From Amoebophrya sp. A120 (Eukaryota; Protista; Dinoflagellata): a stretch of DNA of 64,000 nt. A model generated the notes under the pieces. That model did not search any database and had not been told where the DNA came from. It was given only the letters and a program-made list of their open reading frames with translations. The stretch lies in contig CAJINV010000004.1 of NCBI GenBank assembly GCA_905178155.1, positions 10,072,381-10,136,380 on the forward strand. The letters run 5' to 3'. Below, piece after piece: positions 61,301 to 64,000 of the stretch (position 1 is the stretch's first letter; every line of letters begins with the position of its first letter). The translations under genes were made by a program, and so were the position numbers.

Positions 61301-63959
61301 CGCCGAGAAATTGCAAAGCGACGAAACGAAACGGCTCGACGCGCAGAAAGACCAACTGGGCGAGGAGGGAAAAAAGCAAAAGGCGGACCAGCTGACCCAT
61401 ATGGATTGCAAAAATGTCTAGGTCTGCATCAATGCAGACGTTTGTGATGCAGGTTTTGCATGACCCGGAGTGTCTGGCATGCAGGACCAGCATCACAGGT
61501 TCTTCGAGAGCTTCACGATGCCTACTCTGCATCACAAATCCGCTCTCACCCTGCCCAAACATAAGTACACAGCTTTTGCTGTTTGTGCAACACAGATTTT
61601 GTGTGATCTGAAATGCGCATCACAAGTTGCCATCCTCCTCGCCCAGACATATTTGCAATGCATAACCCAAGCGGATGCGCAAAACGGGATCGACCCGCCC
61701 AAGGAGGTTTTGGCGACCAGCATCGAGCCGCCCGATTTGCGGAAAGTGGAGTTGATCGCCTGCAAAACGGAGCAGCTCGTCGCCCACCGCCGGGGCGCCA
61801 CGCCGACGGCAAGGATTCAGATCGACAGCATCGAGGGGGCGCAGTTCTGCTATGAATTGCAAAAGTATTGTACTCGTAGTGATTGCATTCATGCATTACA
61901 AATCTCTTTCTCAAGGTCAATCAGCATTGCAAATTTGATTTGTAATGCTGGGCTGATTTGTAATGCAATTTTCCCTAGTGCGATGCTTTTGCAATGCATA
62001 TCTGCGACATTCGGTTGATTTTCAAATTGCCAGAGGGAAGAGGTGAACTGCGGGAACTGATTACCATCTGGCGCGAACTGGCGTTTCAAAGTCCGTTGAA
62101 AAAATCGAACCTCGGACCGGCGACTACAGCCGAAGAAACGGTGAAACTTGTCACGGAAGTGTTCAACAACTCCAGCTGCTGCCCGTCGCAGGGGAAAAAT
62201 TCCGGGTCTACCTGGGGGGCCGGACCGATCTATGGATTGCAAAGATGTCTGGGTCTGGAAACTTGTGATGCTAAAATGTGGATGATGGAAACAGTTCCGA
62301 ATGCAACACAGCATGACAACTTTTCAGAACGCTTTCTCATAGGAAATCCGCGTGAGAAACGGCGTTTTTGCGTGTACCAAAGAGGCTGCGACTTTTGTTG
62401 GCTATGCAATACAGATTTGCTAGGTATGGAGAGCTAGCATTACAAGTTGCAACCTTCCAGACCCAGACACTTTGGCGTTTGACACGATCGGGACAGACGC
62501 GATTTTCTTCTACGCCAAGGTGGCAAAAGAGGATTTGGTGAAGGGAACGAAACTGTTGCTACGCATCAAAGAAGACGTGGTGTTCACGCACGAGAAAGTG
62601 AAATTGGCGATTTCGAGAATTCTCAACGTGTTACCTCAGGAGAAACGCCAGGGGTGGAGTTTGTGCTGCTTAGCCGGGCGGGCGTTGGTGTACGACGATC
62701 GGAGCATGCAGAAAGTGAATTCCTGGCCGAAGATCTTGGCGCAGCTGAAAATGTTTGCCACGGGGAAGGATGAATCGGGGGCGGGTGAAGACGAGGATGG
62801 CAGCGAGGATGAGGAAGGCGGGGAGGAAGAGGAGGACGATGAAGCCATGCCCGATGCTGCTGATAATGATGACCAAGGCAAGAATACATCTGACAGCAAA
62901 AATGACAAGGATTTCTCCCCCGCCCCCCGCACCTCCGACGTGACTATGGAGGGCACGACGCCGGCGGATGAAGAGATGCTGCCAGAGGTTTATGGAATGC
63001 AAAAATGTCTGGGTCTGGAAGAATGCAAGATTTGTGATGCAGGTTTTCCATGACCCATGAGGTCTGGAATGCGAGACCCAGCATGACAGATTCTCTGAGG
63101 TCTTTATCATGCCTTTCCTGCATGAGAAACTCCCTCTCAACTTGGTCAAAAGGGGACAGCTTTTGGCACTCATGCAACACAGATTTCTGCATGATTCGGA
63201 TTTAGCATGACAAGTCGCAATCTTCCGGACCTAGACATATTTGCAATGCATAAGGTTGACGAGGCGACAAAACAGGCGAAAATCGAGGAAATGATCGGTG
63301 GCTTGGGAGAACTGCAGAAGGCGCTGTATCGTAAAGAAAAATCCCCCCTCCCCATATTGAAAACGCACCGTCCTGAAAATTTGCGTTGCAGATTTGTGAC
63401 CACAAATCCGGTTTGTCATGCAAGAAGGCACCTTTAGGCTGTCCCCCGCGTTATGTAGGCGATTTGTAATGCTGTAGGGCCTACAGGGCAGACGTCTGCC
63501 ATGCTAGGCGCCTACAGCAAGAGGCCCCTGTCTAGGCTTGCGATCTGCGTGCATTGCTCTACTGCAAGACAGATTTGATTTGTGTACAGAAATTCCGCAT
63601 CACAGATTTCCGTTTTGATATGGAGAGGGGAGATTTTTCATTTTGATACACTGTCCACGGTCGCGATGCACGTTGGCGGGGATTTGGCCGAGTTGCTGGA
63701 CAAGACCACCCCGCAACACAAGTTTTTCACCGAAGACCTGTGGACCGACCTTTGCTCCACACGGTACACACCGCTACCGACCTGGACCTGCCTGGCGATT
63801 GAGTGTGACGAGACGAAGAAGAGCACCTTGTTGCAGGCAAATGATAATGAGGAACAAACAGCGAGCACCACAAATACTGCAACGAATGAAAATTCATCCC
63901 CCTGCGGCATCGTTGTCTACGCTTCTTCCATCGAGTCCAACTACCTGCGGATGCAAACC
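58373..63959 (+). CDS. M16C-type zinc metallopeptidase (insulinase/presequence-protease-like), 3'-partial
   Basis: Spliced: KHKKTGIS|ICLAEVKSPLVNG|YFSVHTEADDDYGCPHTLE|HLIFMGSKKYPYKGILDLLANQCLAQGTNAWTDTDNTTYT|IETAGAEGF..SGVVYCEMQARE..DYHKAYYAPNN. Contains HxxEH, NAxT and GVVYxEM motifs. Confidence 0.92.
58603..58838. mobile_element. Introner family C
   Basis: DR ATTTC. Confidence 0.93.
58884..59156. mobile_element. Introner family A (TAC start variant)
   Basis: DR ACGGT/GCGGT; interior is the reverse complement of the 62991 type. Confidence 0.9.
59219..59508. mobile_element. Introner family E, splits HxxE|H
   Basis: DR TGGAG. Confidence 0.94.
59634..59892 (+). other. Canonical GT-AG intron
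   Basis: ACG|GTATGC...AATCAG|ATC joins TTYT|IETAG, as expected for M16C. Confidence 0.82.
60107..60262. mobile_element. Introner family B
   Basis: DR CTTCA/GTTCA. Confidence 0.9.
61400..61664. mobile_element. Introner family A
   Basis: DR ACCCA. Confidence 0.9.
61851..62000. mobile_element. Introner family B
   Basis: DR TCTGC. Confidence 0.92.
62231..62484. mobile_element. Introner family A (ACA end variant)
   Basis: DR CGATC. Confidence 0.92.
62991..63252. mobile_element. Introner family A
   Basis: DR AGGTT. Confidence 0.92.
63327..63648. mobile_element. Introner family D
   Basis: DR CGCTG/CACTG. Confidence 0.92.
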
Positions 63960-64000
63960 TATCCCACGAAAAAAGTGTTACAGTTACACATTTGTTGCTG
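63960..64000. mobile_element. Introner family G, left TIR only (window edge)
   Basis: TATCCCACGAAAAAAGTGTTACAGTTACACA matches the 1805-2020 TIRs. Confidence 0.8.

Noticed and set aside
1487-63252. Recurrent peptides such as CKNVWVWKLVML, FQTQTFLH, AFSNVTFS and CKSIVLV as a protein repeat family
   Set aside because: They are read-through translations of introner TIRs at ORF ends.
515-63648. TIR hairpins as terminators, REP elements or attC sites
   Set aside because: They sit inside eukaryotic coding sequence with locus-specific 5-bp duplications, and there is no bacterial gene organisation.
443-63959. Interrupted genes as transposon-disrupted pseudogenes
   Set aside because: Exons have no stops or frameshifts, catalytic motifs are intact, and every junction is restored by the same rule.
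515-64000. Autonomous transposase, or assignment to a named DNA-transposon superfamily
   Set aside because: No DDE, Rep/Hel or recombinase ORF is recognisable, and TAT termini with a 5-bp TSD do not let me assign a superfamily confidently.
1-64000. tRNA, rRNA or dinoflagellate spliced-leader sequences
   Set aside because: None recognised by eye; a covariance-model search was not possible.

Overview
Eukaryotic, gene-dense DNA with all confidently modelled genes on the + strand. The dominant feature is about 48 short (102-430 bp) non-autonomous elements in about 12 sequence families (labels A-M are mine). Nearly all have terminal inverted repeats beginning TAT and ending ATA, plus a 5-bp flanking direct repeat (DR). 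At every coding junction I checked by hand, removing the element plus one DR copy restores the reading frame, so they behave as non-GT-AG 'introner' introns. This matches the introners reported in the parasitic dinoflagellate Amoebophrya (organism inferred, not proven). After manual splicing the fragmented ORF track collapses into about 10 genes: an FkbM-like methyltransferase, hypothetical proteins, a Dpy-30/RIIa-motif protein, a ~5,167-aa IQ/coiled-coil protein, two tandem intronless secreted-looking paralogs, and an M16C peptidase whose HxxEH motif is split by an introner. Less obvious signals: a terminal grammar shared across unrelated families, orientation-independent removal, DR mismatches biased to synonymous sites, clustering around mini-exons, LINE-like and Helitron-like insertions nested inside introners, possible introner-derived GT-AG introns, and a ~95-bp satellite. 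No transposase gene is visible in the window.
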